64,000 bases of DNA. Origin: the human T2T-CHM13v2.0 reference genome, Homo sapiens. The stretch lies in assembly GCF_009914755.1 (NCBI RefSeq), contig NC_060934.1. One strand, written 5' to 3'. Of this stretch, positions 53,961-64,000 are shown piece after piece. Position numbers and translations under genes: made by a program. The notes below the pieces were generated by a model that was given only the letters and a program-made list of their open reading frames with translations, searched no databases and was not told the DNA's origin. Position 1 is the stretch's first letter. Every line of letters starts with the position of its first letter.

Positions 53961-54710
53961 GGGGAAATATCAGCACACTGGCACCATCAAACACTTGGAA
54001 TGGGAGGCTCAGGCGAAAGCTTTTGAGAGCCCCCTGCAGCCCACCTCAAGTGGACCTGGGCGTGTCTTCAAAAGGCAGGGCTGTGAGGGCACATCGCCAA
54101 ATGCATTACAATCAGTTAGGAAAAAGGGAAGGCAGGTGATCAGCCTGGTATATGGAGAAGGAAGCCCAGAGAAACAGAAGTCACAGAACTCATGCAATGC
54201 AGTTGGGGGAAAGGTGTGTAGGACCCCAGGCCTAGCCTGCTAAGCCCTGGGCAGACTGGTACTGGGTGGCTACGACAAGGGACATTACCACTCTAAGACA
54301 GTCCGCCTTGGGCTGGGCAGACTCTCCATGAGGCCATCAGATGCTGTCCTGGGATTTCTGGCCTTGGGTCACACATGGGTTTTCTTGGCTGGTTGCTGTG
54401 GGTTTGTCCCTGGAAAGGAAGTCCTTCTAAATGTCCTGACAAAATCGAGCTTTGAGGCTATCAGTCCAAATGCCCAACCCTGCACCCTGGCAGATTTCCC
54501 AAGGAATGCTGCCATCTGAGAAGTTTTGGAACGCAGCCGCAGGCACTGTGACCACATCGCCGTTCCCCTGTTCACCTCGAGCCTGTCACCTCCAGCCCCA
54601 AGAAGGACCAGCCAGAGGTACAGAACTGATTTCTCCAGAGGGCCAGGATACCCTCCTGTGGCCCTGTCCTGCCTCCCTGTCCCTGAAGGGCTCAGAAACA
54701 AAAGGCTTCA

Positions 54711-54822
54711 GTGCCACCTTGTGAGACCTTCTCACTGCAGCACGGTGAGAGTGTCCACCAGCTGATAAGCAGGAAGGCTCTCCACCGCCCACTTGGTGAA
54801 AAAGGAGTGGACGGGGACTTCC
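54711..54822. promoter_or_regulatory. Candidate enhancer motif cluster (CTCF-like, E-box/GATA/ETS, GC-box, NF-kB)
   Basis: CAGCTG 54759-54764 overlapping TGATAA 54763-54768; CAGGAAG 54770-54776; CCGCCC 54785-54790; GGGGACTTCC 54813-54822; motif matches only. Confidence 0.3.
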
Positions 54823-55404
54823 AGCCTTACAGAGCAGATGAGGATCGACTGAAACACACACTTGTGACCCAGGTAACCCAGACACCAGCCCACGGCTTCT
54901 GCAGCCTGGAGGGAACACTCCAGTCCCCCACACTCTGCCACTTCCCATTAGTGGTTAAAACAATGTAGGCTACATTACAAATCAAAATAAGCAACAAAGC
55001 ATTTTATAATTAGCCATAACTTGACAAATTAATTAGTACAACAGCACAGTGTGTTCCCTGAAGCATGGCTCACTATATTTTGCTTAGAGAATATATGTCA
55101 CAAATTACAGATGTGTTATTCAAGGTACTTATGCAATCAGAGTGAGTTCTAAAGGTGCCCTTTTGATACCACTTTCTGGAACGGAAAATGGGGCTCGAGG
55201 TAGCTAGAAATATCATCGAACCTGCCGTCCAAGCTTTGAGCAACAAAGGTACTTGCAAAGATGTGCTTCTTTTCCAGAAAGGGGAACCAAGGCTGTCAAG
55301 GACCAAGATCTGGCTTTGGAAAGAGTTAATCACACTTTGTTACTTGAGGTGGTATGAAATAAGGGAACATCCGGGCCTCAAAAAGCAGGGAGCCTGATGA
55401 TCAA

Positions 55405-55602
55405 GAACATGCAAGCTTGGAATCCTCACTGCCATCTAGCAGCTGTGTGGTGTCAGGCAAGTTTCTCATCCAGAAAAGGATATAGTAATAATAATACCCA
55501 CCTTGCAGAGTTACTGTGAGGACTGATGTGCTACTTTATGCAAAGTGTTTAGACCAGGGTCTGTTCCATAGGAAGAAATCAATAAAAATTGCTACTATTA
55601 TT
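55405..55602 (+). mobile_element. MIR SINE
   Basis: tgccatctagcagctgtgtgg...aataatacccaccttgcagagttactgtgagg...aaagtgtttagac. Confidence 0.75.
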
Positions 55603-55829
55603 CTAAGATGTGCTTCCCTTAGAAGGTTCAAGAGGTTATTGTCTTAGGAAGCCTTGAGGTTGGGGCTAAGATGCACTACAGAGACATCCCTTTCCCCAGG
55701 GACAGGCCTAGTATTAGCCTTGTTAGTTCAGAAACTCAGAAACTGTTTATCTTTGAGGAATAACCAAGTTCAAAGAAATGGATGCATACACCAAAAAAAA
55801 ATGAGTGGGGTGGCAGTGAGAGCTATAGT

Positions 55830-56432
55830 CAATGGTGTGTTGGTAAATGTTTAACATCCAGCTCTCGGGTGGGCGTGGGAAGCCCTGAGTTGTGCATTTG
55901 CTGGTTTCCATGCTATAAATACTGCCATTGTATGGGCTGAATGTGTCCCCCCAAAATTCATACGTTAAAGGCCTAATCCTCAGTACTTTGGAATGAAACT
56001 GTATATGGAGATAGGATCTTTAAAGAGGTGGTTAAGTTAAAATAAGGTCATTAAGGTGGGCCCTAATCCAATATGACTGGTGTCCTTATAAGAAAAGGAG
56101 ATTAGGACACAGACACTCATAAGGAAGATCGCATGAAGACATAGGGAGAAGATAACATGTACAATCTAAGGAGAGAGGCCTCAGGAGAAACCAACCCTGC
56201 CAACACCTGGATTTTGAACTCCTAGCCTCCAGAACTGTGAGACAATAAATTCTGTTGTTTAAGCCTCCTGGTCTGTGGTGCTTTGATATGGTAGCCCCAG
56301 CACACTGATACTCCCACCGTGGCCAGTTTCAAGCTATCAGTGTAATGTCTCCAAGTGATACACCATTGGAAGAGATGCATATGATTGGCTCCCATGAACA
56401 GCTACAAGCCAGGTACGATTACAAACACCAGC
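55830..56432 (-). mobile_element. MER63A (hAT-Blackjack) split by MLT1B
   Basis: caatggtgtgttggtaaatgtttaaca...aagccctga...taaatact, resuming cccaccgtggccagtttcaagcta...ggaagagatgca. Confidence 0.8.
55929..56312 (+). mobile_element. MLT1B solo LTR
   Basis: tgtatgggctgaatgtgtccccc...gggccctaatccaatatgactggtgtccttataaga...gcctccagaactgtgagacaataaa; degenerate TSD gccat/cccac. Confidence 0.92.
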
Positions 56433-57059
56433 TAAATCTGAGACTCAGATTGAAATCTTGCATCCACTGGACATGCTACAGTCTTTTCTTGGAGGTACAG
56501 CTCTTGGGCTGCTGAATCAGAAGCAAGAGGTGACTAATGGGACAAGGGGACTTAGCCAAATGTACAATCATGTGCAGAGCTGCCATGTTTGCTCATGAGC
56601 CTCAAAGCCCATTAGCTTTCAGGTGCTGTGCCCTAAACAGGTGATGGCACTGCCAGTGAAACCATACCCTGGAAGTCCAGGGATCAAGCTCCAGGCCCCT
56701 TTGCACTGTGTTCAGACACACATGGCCAACATTGGCCTCTGAAATTCCTTTGTCTTTTCTTCTGGGCAGACAAACCTCTACTTCCACTTCTCAGTCCTTC
56801 TAAATATCCCATTGTGTCACTTCTCTTTAACGTAACTTTGTGCATGTCTGTGAGGATCTATTGTGTGTTGGCTAAAGTGATGACTTGCAGAAGATGGTCT
56901 TATTTCTGATTTCCTAGTTCTTGAAGTAGGGGAGTCATCTCACAACAGCCCCTACCCTTCTCTTCAACAGGCTAAATCTGTAACTCCAAGCCCTAGTCCA
57001 AGCCAACGTTATTCTTGTGGTGAGCAAACCAAGCAACAAACAAGCCCAGCCAATTTCGC

Positions 57060-57480
57060 TTTCCAAGCAGGTCAGAAATCCACCCCTATTCTCTTCCACC
57101 TCTACGGTATATCCCTACCACCACTTCTTTCCTTTAGGTCTTGAACATCTGCCAAGACTATTCCATTGTCTCCTAGCTAACCACTTTTCTTTCATCTCCC
57201 CACTTCCCTTCCTTCCCTCATATGCTCAACTAGAAAGAGAATCAGAATGCAAATAGGACCTTGTCATTCCTCACTCCTAACCTCTCTATGGTCATTTTCC
57301 CCTATTCCTCCACCCTCAACCTTGGAAGTTCTGGAGTTCATGACACAGCTCATGTCAATTCACCACTCTGTGAATAAATAGTTCCACTTAAAATTCCCTT
57401 TTGGTACCTATTGGACTACCTGGAACAGCTCCTCTTCACCCTTCAAAACCCCTTTCTGAGTTTTTCTAGCCCATGTTAAT
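57060..57480 (+). mobile_element. Diverged L2 fragment
   Basis: Pyrimidine-rich L2-like text (gtctcctagcta..., aatgcaaataggaccttgtcattcctc, ctacctggaacagctcctc). Confidence 0.5.
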
Positions 57481-58191
57481 GAATCATTATGAGGGACCAC
57501 TTGCTCCCTTTCCCCATGTTTTATCTCAGATTTTAATTAAGAAATTTTACCCCTTAAATGTATTTTTAAAAAGCTGTTGTCCTTTTCTTCACCTTTCACA
57601 AGCTTCTCTCCTTGGGAAGAGAAAGGTTTTACCTGCTTGGTGAGAAGGGAAGAGTTTGACAGCCACTGGCTCACCTAACTCTAGTGGTGGCCAGCAAGAG
57701 TGAGTAGAAGGGCGAGCTGAGGCCCAGGCTGGGATCCCCCAGCAGTTGACCAAACAAGGATCAGATCTACAGACCAACTGTCTCAACGCGTAGGTCCTAA
57801 GCAATGCATTTGTCGGGAAATAGTGGAAAATCCATTTTTGGTCTCAGCTCCAAAACAGGTCTTTAATCCACCAATAAAATAGAGACGTTTCTCTCTATCT
57901 CACTTGTATGTATGCTTCTGAATTAGTGCAGAACTCACAGAAGAGTCAGGTATAAATAATTAGCCCTTGGAAGCCAGAACTTGTGTGACAGGAAAAGACT
58001 AGCACATGGAGTGGTAATTATGTGTCAACTTGTCACTCTCCCCCTGTGGATCAGAAGCCCCTGGAGGAGAGGTCTGAGTCTTTTCTCCACAGAACGGGAT
58101 GCAATCTGAGAAGCACTGAGTGCCTGCCGCATTTCAGGTAGGGCATCCACTGTTGTGGGGCCTGAAAAAGCAGAGTTAAGATGGTCTCTGG

Positions 58192-58970
58192 AAATGGGAA
58201 TCCTTATACACTGTTCATGGGAATGTAAATGAGTATAGTCATCATGAAAAACAGTATGCAGTTTCCTCAAAAACTTAAAAATAGATCTACTGTATGACCC
58301 AGCAATCCAACTACAGGGTATATATCCAAAGGAAATAAAATCAGTATGTTGAAGAGATGCCTGCACTCCCACGTTTATTGCAGTGCTATTCACAATAGTC
58401 AAGATAAACTTAGTGCCCATCAATGGATGAACAGATAAAGAAAATGTGTTATACATAAAACAGAATACTATTCAGCCATAAAAAATGATGAAATTTGTCA
58501 TTTGTGACAACATGGATGAGTCATTACGTTAAGGGAATTAGCCAGGCACAGAAAGCCAAATACTACATGATCTCACTCATATCTTAAAAAAAAAAAAAAA
58601 AAAAAGCCCATCTCATAGAAGTTGAGAGTAGAATTGTGGTTACCAGAGACTGAGGAGAAAAGGGCAAGGGGGAAATGGGGAGAGGTTGGCCAATGAGTAC
58701 ATTGTTAACGTTTGTTATGTTAGATAGGAGGAATAAATTCTTCTGATCCATTGCAAAGTAGGGTGACTATAGCTAACAATAGTGTATTGTATATTTCAAA
58801 TAATTAAAAGAGAGAATTTTGAATGTTCCCACAACAAAGAAATGACCAATGTTTAAGGTGATGGATATGCTAATTACCCCGATCTGATAATTACACAATG
58901 TATGCAAGTGTTAAAACATCACACGGTACCCCCAAAATATGTACAATTATTATGTGTCAATTTTTTTTTA
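58192..58970 (+). mobile_element. 5'-truncated L1MA (L1MA5-7-like)
   Basis: tatgacccagcaatcc...gagagtagaattgtggttaccagag...ggtgatggatatgctaattaccc...tgtacaattattatgtgtcaa; TSD aagatggtctctgg/aagttggtctctgg (13/14). Confidence 0.92.
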
Positions 58971-59654
58971 AAGTTGGTCTCTGGGCAACAAGATCCAAGT
59001 GCTCAGCAGCCCAAGGTGGGGCTGTCTCCACAATGGTAGAATTCAGGTGCAGCTGCACAACTTGGCTCTCTCTGGGCTCTGCCTCCTTCTGCCTCTCCTC
59101 TCCTGCGCAGTTCCTGATACTTGTCCTCTTTCCCACTCAGCCTCTCTCTCACACTTGCTTACATGTGTCATGCAAGATGTGGCTGTCCATTTGTGTTGGT
59201 GCTAACCACTTCACTCCACCTATTCATCCACACGGAGACCTCCCAGAGCTCCTTGGTCCAGCCATTATTAAGGCAGGTCTGCTGACATCTGTTTCCTGCA
59301 AACCAACCCAGGGTGTGAGTGGTTGGGCAGGCCCTTGAGCCCTAGTGAGGCCTCCTGGAAGGCGTGAAGTCTTGCAAACACCACAACAACAGAGCAAAAT
59401 GTGCATCTGCTTGCACCATTACTGCCTCCAAGGGCTTAGGGAGAAATGCAAGCATGTTTGAGCTGCAAGTGCATTAGCCACATCCTGTTCCATGATCCAC
59501 AAGAAAGCTGACCTTATTTAGAAACCTCCCTGGCCAGTGCTGTGTATTGGGTAGAGACCTGAAAAGAGGGGGCTTGCAGGTGCCGATGGATTGCTTTCCA
59601 TAGTGGGGCCAGTCAGGGGATGCACCTGGAGCAGCCTGAGTATCCTGAGTACAG

Positions 59655-59800
59655 GCTTGGGAGTCACTCTTCCTGGGTTCAAAGCCCAGTACCCCATCAT
59701 TCTAGCTAGATAACCCAGGACAGGTCCCCTGACCATCAAGCCTCGGTTTCCTAATCTGTAAAATCTGTTGTGTCACTCAGAGCTATTACAATGTGTGAGA
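59655..59800 (+). mobile_element. MIR SINE
   Basis: cctgggttcaaagcccag...aagcctcggtttcctaatctgtaaaat. Confidence 0.7.
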
Positions 59801-60878
59801 CAGAACACTAACATCAAGTCTGTGACCCAAGAGTCACTATGTAAACCCCAAGATTATCAGCTTTGTCATCTGAAAGGAGGAGCGTGAGTGTAGAGCTGCC
59901 TGCTGGAGCCCTGACAATTTCCACCACTTTTCACCCAGGATGTTCACATGTCCCTTACCATGGATATCTGGCCTCACGCTGCCTGCTACTGAGGACCCTG
60001 TCAGGCCTCCCACCTGGGTAGGTGAACCTTCCTATCTTGCTGCCAGCTTTAACCTGGGGATTTATTTAAGGGGACCAATCAAAGCCAACCCTCTTGCTTA
60101 GTGGCAGCCCTTTCCCAACCACCAAGCTGAAAGAGGAACAGGTCCACCAGCTCCTCAGACAGCCCTCGCCATGCAAGGGGGAAACTGGGAGGGTCTCCAG
60201 AGGGGCCTTATGAGGGCTTCAGCCAAATTCTCTAAAGAAGTTCATCCAGTCCTTAAAGCCACCTTCCTTCCAGAAAGATGGCTTTCGCAATCCCCCCTGG
60301 GACAGACAGGAGGTTTTTCTGTGTCCCTGGGGTCTCTCCTCAGCTGAGAGAAGTCAGCCTGGCCTGATACTCACGCCTCTGGCCCCACAGACTCCAGGCT
60401 CACAGCCCAAGAGGATGCTGAAGACTGGGAGGCTCCATGAGAGTCAGGGAAGCCTCTGGGTGCACAGTGTGGGCCACAGTACCTGGAGGAAAGGGATACC
60501 AGGAAGAGGGGCTTCACCAGGAGAGATAAAGCCCTACCTGAGCAGAGTCCCAGGACCAAGGGGAGAGCAGGGGCTCTGTGGGCATCAACTGGAAGCTCAG
60601 TGGTCCAAGAAGCTTCTGGAGCATGGGGGCCTGGAAATAGCAGGGGGTATTGTAACACCCAAACTGTAGGCTAACAGCAAACTCAAGACCTACAGGATGC
60701 ACCAAAGAACTCCACAGGAACTAGGGGACTTGCCAGGAGGAGGTGGTGGCCCTGCCCTTGCTTGAATGGCCAAGCTGTACTCAGAGCATCTTCATCTTTA
60801 CCTCTAAACATCATAGAAAGCCCAAGATGCCAACACAGAGAAAAAACTTTCTGAGAAGCCATCAAGATGTTTATTCTA

Positions 60879-61174
60879 GCCTGGGCACAGTGGCTTACAC
60901 TTGCAATCCTCGTGCTTTCGGAGGCTGGGGCAATAGCATCACTTGAGCCCAGGAGTTCAAGATCAGCCAGGGCAACATAGTAAGACCCCATCTCTACAAA
61001 AAAGTAAAAATTAGCTGGGCATGGTGGTGTGTGCCTGTATTCCCAGCTACTCGGGAGGCTGAGGTGGAAGGATCCCTTGAGCCAGTGAGGTCAAGGCAGC
61101 AGCGAGCCGAGATCAATCACTCCACTGCAATCCAGCCTGGGTGACAGAGCAAGACTGAGTTTCCAAAAAAAAAG
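60879..61174 (+). mobile_element. AluJ (Jb-like), full length
   Basis: cacttgagcccaggagttc, ggatcccttgagcc, gaggtcaaggcagcag; degenerate TSD aagatgtttattcta/aaagtgtctatttta. Confidence 0.93.
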
Positions 61175-63189
61175 AAAGTGTCTATTTTATTAGACATCAG
61201 AGAGTGGAGTTACATACCTTCGTACACACAAAGATATACCTGAAATCCCCAACTGGGGAACATTCTCCCAAGCCCCAAGCCCCTCATCACAGGCAACCAG
61301 CCAGGGACTTTCTCCCGGAACTCTCCTCTCTACCAGCCCTTGTCCTCCATCTTGCCAGACCCCTCAGAAGAAGGCTATCAAGAATCTGGGGACAAGACAC
61401 TGGAAAAGAGCTCCCTCTATACCTCGATGGAATTAGACTGACATAAGGCAGACCTTCCTGACAGCCAGGGGCATGGAGCTGCACCTGGAGGAAGCCAGGG
61501 AGCCCAAGGCAGTCCTCCCCTGGGAGTGCATCCTGCAGGCCTGAGCCTGCAGCTCTCCTGCGGGCCTGTTGCTGGCAGCCTGGTGATCCTTGCCCTCATT
61601 ACTGGCAGGCTGGGGCCTGGAGGAGCAGGAAAGGGCACAGGTGGGCAGGCTGCAGGCTATAGGTGACCTACCTTGGCTCTGCATCCAGCCAGAGCTTCAA
61701 TCTGATCTCTGGCAAATTCACAGCTCAATTGAATTCAATAAAACCGCTCCGGAACTGTACAATGCATCATAAATAATCCAACTACAGGATTTTTGAACAC
61801 TTTAACAAATACAGTTTCTTCTCACATCCTCCATTTGTTTCCCAAATGTCAGCCCTTACACTGAATCTCACAAATCTACAAAAACTTGCATTTTCTAGAA
61901 CTTTAAATAACTGGATCTTTACCTACAAGGTGAATTATCCCCAAGCGATATGAGCATGTGAGATTTCAAATTTTAGTGATGATTAATGCATGCCAATAGA
62001 AAATGAAAATGAAGCTCTTTTAACATGATCATTGAAAGACTTAATAAACATTACCTACATGTGCTCAATAGTAAGAAAGTGAGTTACAGATTATTATATA
62101 ATACCAGTTTTACATCTGTTTTCAATAGTCCACTAAAGAAATGTCAGATATTTTACCAAGCCCCCACACAGAAACACTGCTCAAGATAGCAGGGTTTTCA
62201 AGGTCAGGAAATGAACTACACTGTGTTAAACTCCATCCCCAGAGTCTAGCAAGTGGCAAGCACATAATAAGTGCCATATAAATGTTTGCTGAATGAAGGG
62301 GTGAAGTGGCTAATGGCATTTCATTGCATTGTTTATTTTTAAAATTCTAGGTAAAGACCTGCTTCGTTTCCCTACTTGCTTGCTAATCATAGCACATAAA
62401 CTTATAAACCAGCATTGGCTTAATGGCTTTTGACATGCTAGTGAGTGACTTTACCTCGGTTACATTTTAATTGCTGGTCTTTTTGCTGGTCTTTCTGCAG
62501 TGCTAGAACTGGGACATTGCTGATCAACAGAAGATACCCGATTTGCTTAGTAAAGAAGAATTAGGCATTCATAAAAGCTACCCTCTCATCTGCATGTCCA
62601 CCGAGGGTGAATTATAGCCCACCTGGTTTTCCCAGGGTCCTGAGACCTCACCTCCCCTAAAAACCTTACTCAAAAGAGGCACATCTATTTATCATATCAC
62701 AGAGGTGCCGTTACAGGGTCCCCCATGGAATCCCCAACTCTTAGAGATGTGCAACCATAGTATGTGGCAGGGGAAGAGAGCAACATGAGTGATTTCCAGG
62801 CTTCGGGGGACCTTGCAGAAATCACACTTTTCTCTGCTAGAGGAGAAGCAATACCCTTTGTTCTTGGGTAGAACTTGGTGGCTCGTTTTGCAGGTTATCT
62901 CATACAGGCCAAAAGTACATTCTGTGTAGACTGCCGAACTGGATGCTGTAGCAAGGAGCCTTGGTGGAGCGCAAGAGCATCCCAGGGCCCTGAGTCAGTG
63001 CCAGGCAGAATCACACAAACTCATTGCATATTCATTCCTCAGATGTTTATTGGCAACTACTATGTACCAGGCCCTCCTCTTGACACTGGGATGCAAGGAC
63101 CACAAATCCTTGCTCCGGCGCAGCCTGCAATTTAGGGGAAATTGTTCATATGCAAAGAGTATGTAGCAAGTGTTGTCAAGAGTCAATAC

Positions 63190-63360
63190 TCTTGATTTGT
63201 ATTAACTCATTCAATCCACACAATAACACATTGTGGTAGATTCTGTTATTGCTTCCAGTTTCACATGAGGAAACTGAGGCATGGGGAGATTAGGTTATTT
63301 GCCCAGGGTTATGCAACTATTAATGGCAGAGTTGGAATTCAAACCCTGACTCTGCTTCGG
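63190..63360 (-). mobile_element. MIR SINE
   Basis: ttaactcattcaatccacacaataac...atgaggaaactgaggcatggggagattaggttatttgcccaggg. Confidence 0.85.
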
Positions 63361-64000
63361 AAATCTTCACTTGCAACCACTGCAGTGGCTTTTTGGACCG
63401 AGGTCTCGAAGCACTGGGTGACCACATCTACACATGCTGGAGCAGTACTGTAGAGCAAAATGGACATACAATGTGTCGATCAACAGAGTAATATGGTAGG
63501 GGAAATTATTTTGACAAGCGAGACTGCGATTTTCCTTAGGAAGAGACACTTAGGGCAACAACAGACGAGTCACGTCAGTCCTCAGGGTAGCCTGGCTCCA
63601 AAGCTTCAGAGGAGAGGAATGTGGCTTATATAATACAAGAGAAGCATATGGGGCTCCTGAGACCCTCTGGGAGGATGAAGATAAGCAAAAGAGATGGAGA
63701 GAGAGTGGGGAGAGAGAGTGAGAGAGTGAGATGGTGGAAGGAAGGCGAGGCACCGAGTGGTGGTTGACTGTCTCTGAATACTCCATCCAGCAAATCTTAA
63801 GGAACATCTATCAATCTTCATGACCAATTGTCATAATGACTGGTCATTGGTGTGAAGGCCGTTGTTATGGTTGGAAACAGAGGAGGACTAAGGTTCACAT
63901 TGGGAAAGGTGTGGTGCAAGACAGAGGCTGCACTGGCTGAAACCGTAGTTTAGAGAGAAAGGATGCCAGTGGTTTACAAACTCTTGGGGAGATCTCTGAG

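Overview
Hominoid, most likely human, non-coding genomic DNA (intronic or intergenic). It contains an SVA, AluY/S/J copies, L1s, L2/MIR, MaLR/ERVL/ERV1 LTR elements and hAT DNA transposons. I found no credible protein-coding exon, structural RNA gene, CpG island or CRISPR array. The ORF track is explained by repeats or chance. The most unusual structures are three L1-mediated (TPRT) composite insertions, each bounded by target-site duplications (TSDs). (1) A ~2.2 kb chimera: MER61-type ERV internal sequence plus U3-R ending just after its poly(A) signal, fused to an L1PA/PB 3' end, inside one 18-19 bp TSD (47428-49659). (2) An old 5'-truncated SVA carrying a ~110 bp 3' transduction (50275-51064). 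(3) A ~1.65 kb antisense retrocopy consisting only of an mRNA 3'UTR (24797-26442; parent tentatively BAZ2A, unverified). Also notable are a C-rich minisatellite whose minus strand is an array of 5' splice-site motifs, a degenerate ERV-L gag-pol relic and a strong plus-strand orientation bias of retroelements. Repeat subfamily names come from my recollection of consensus sequences, and boundaries of old repeats are approximate. I see no evidence for a genuinely new biological system beyond these retrotransposition oddities.
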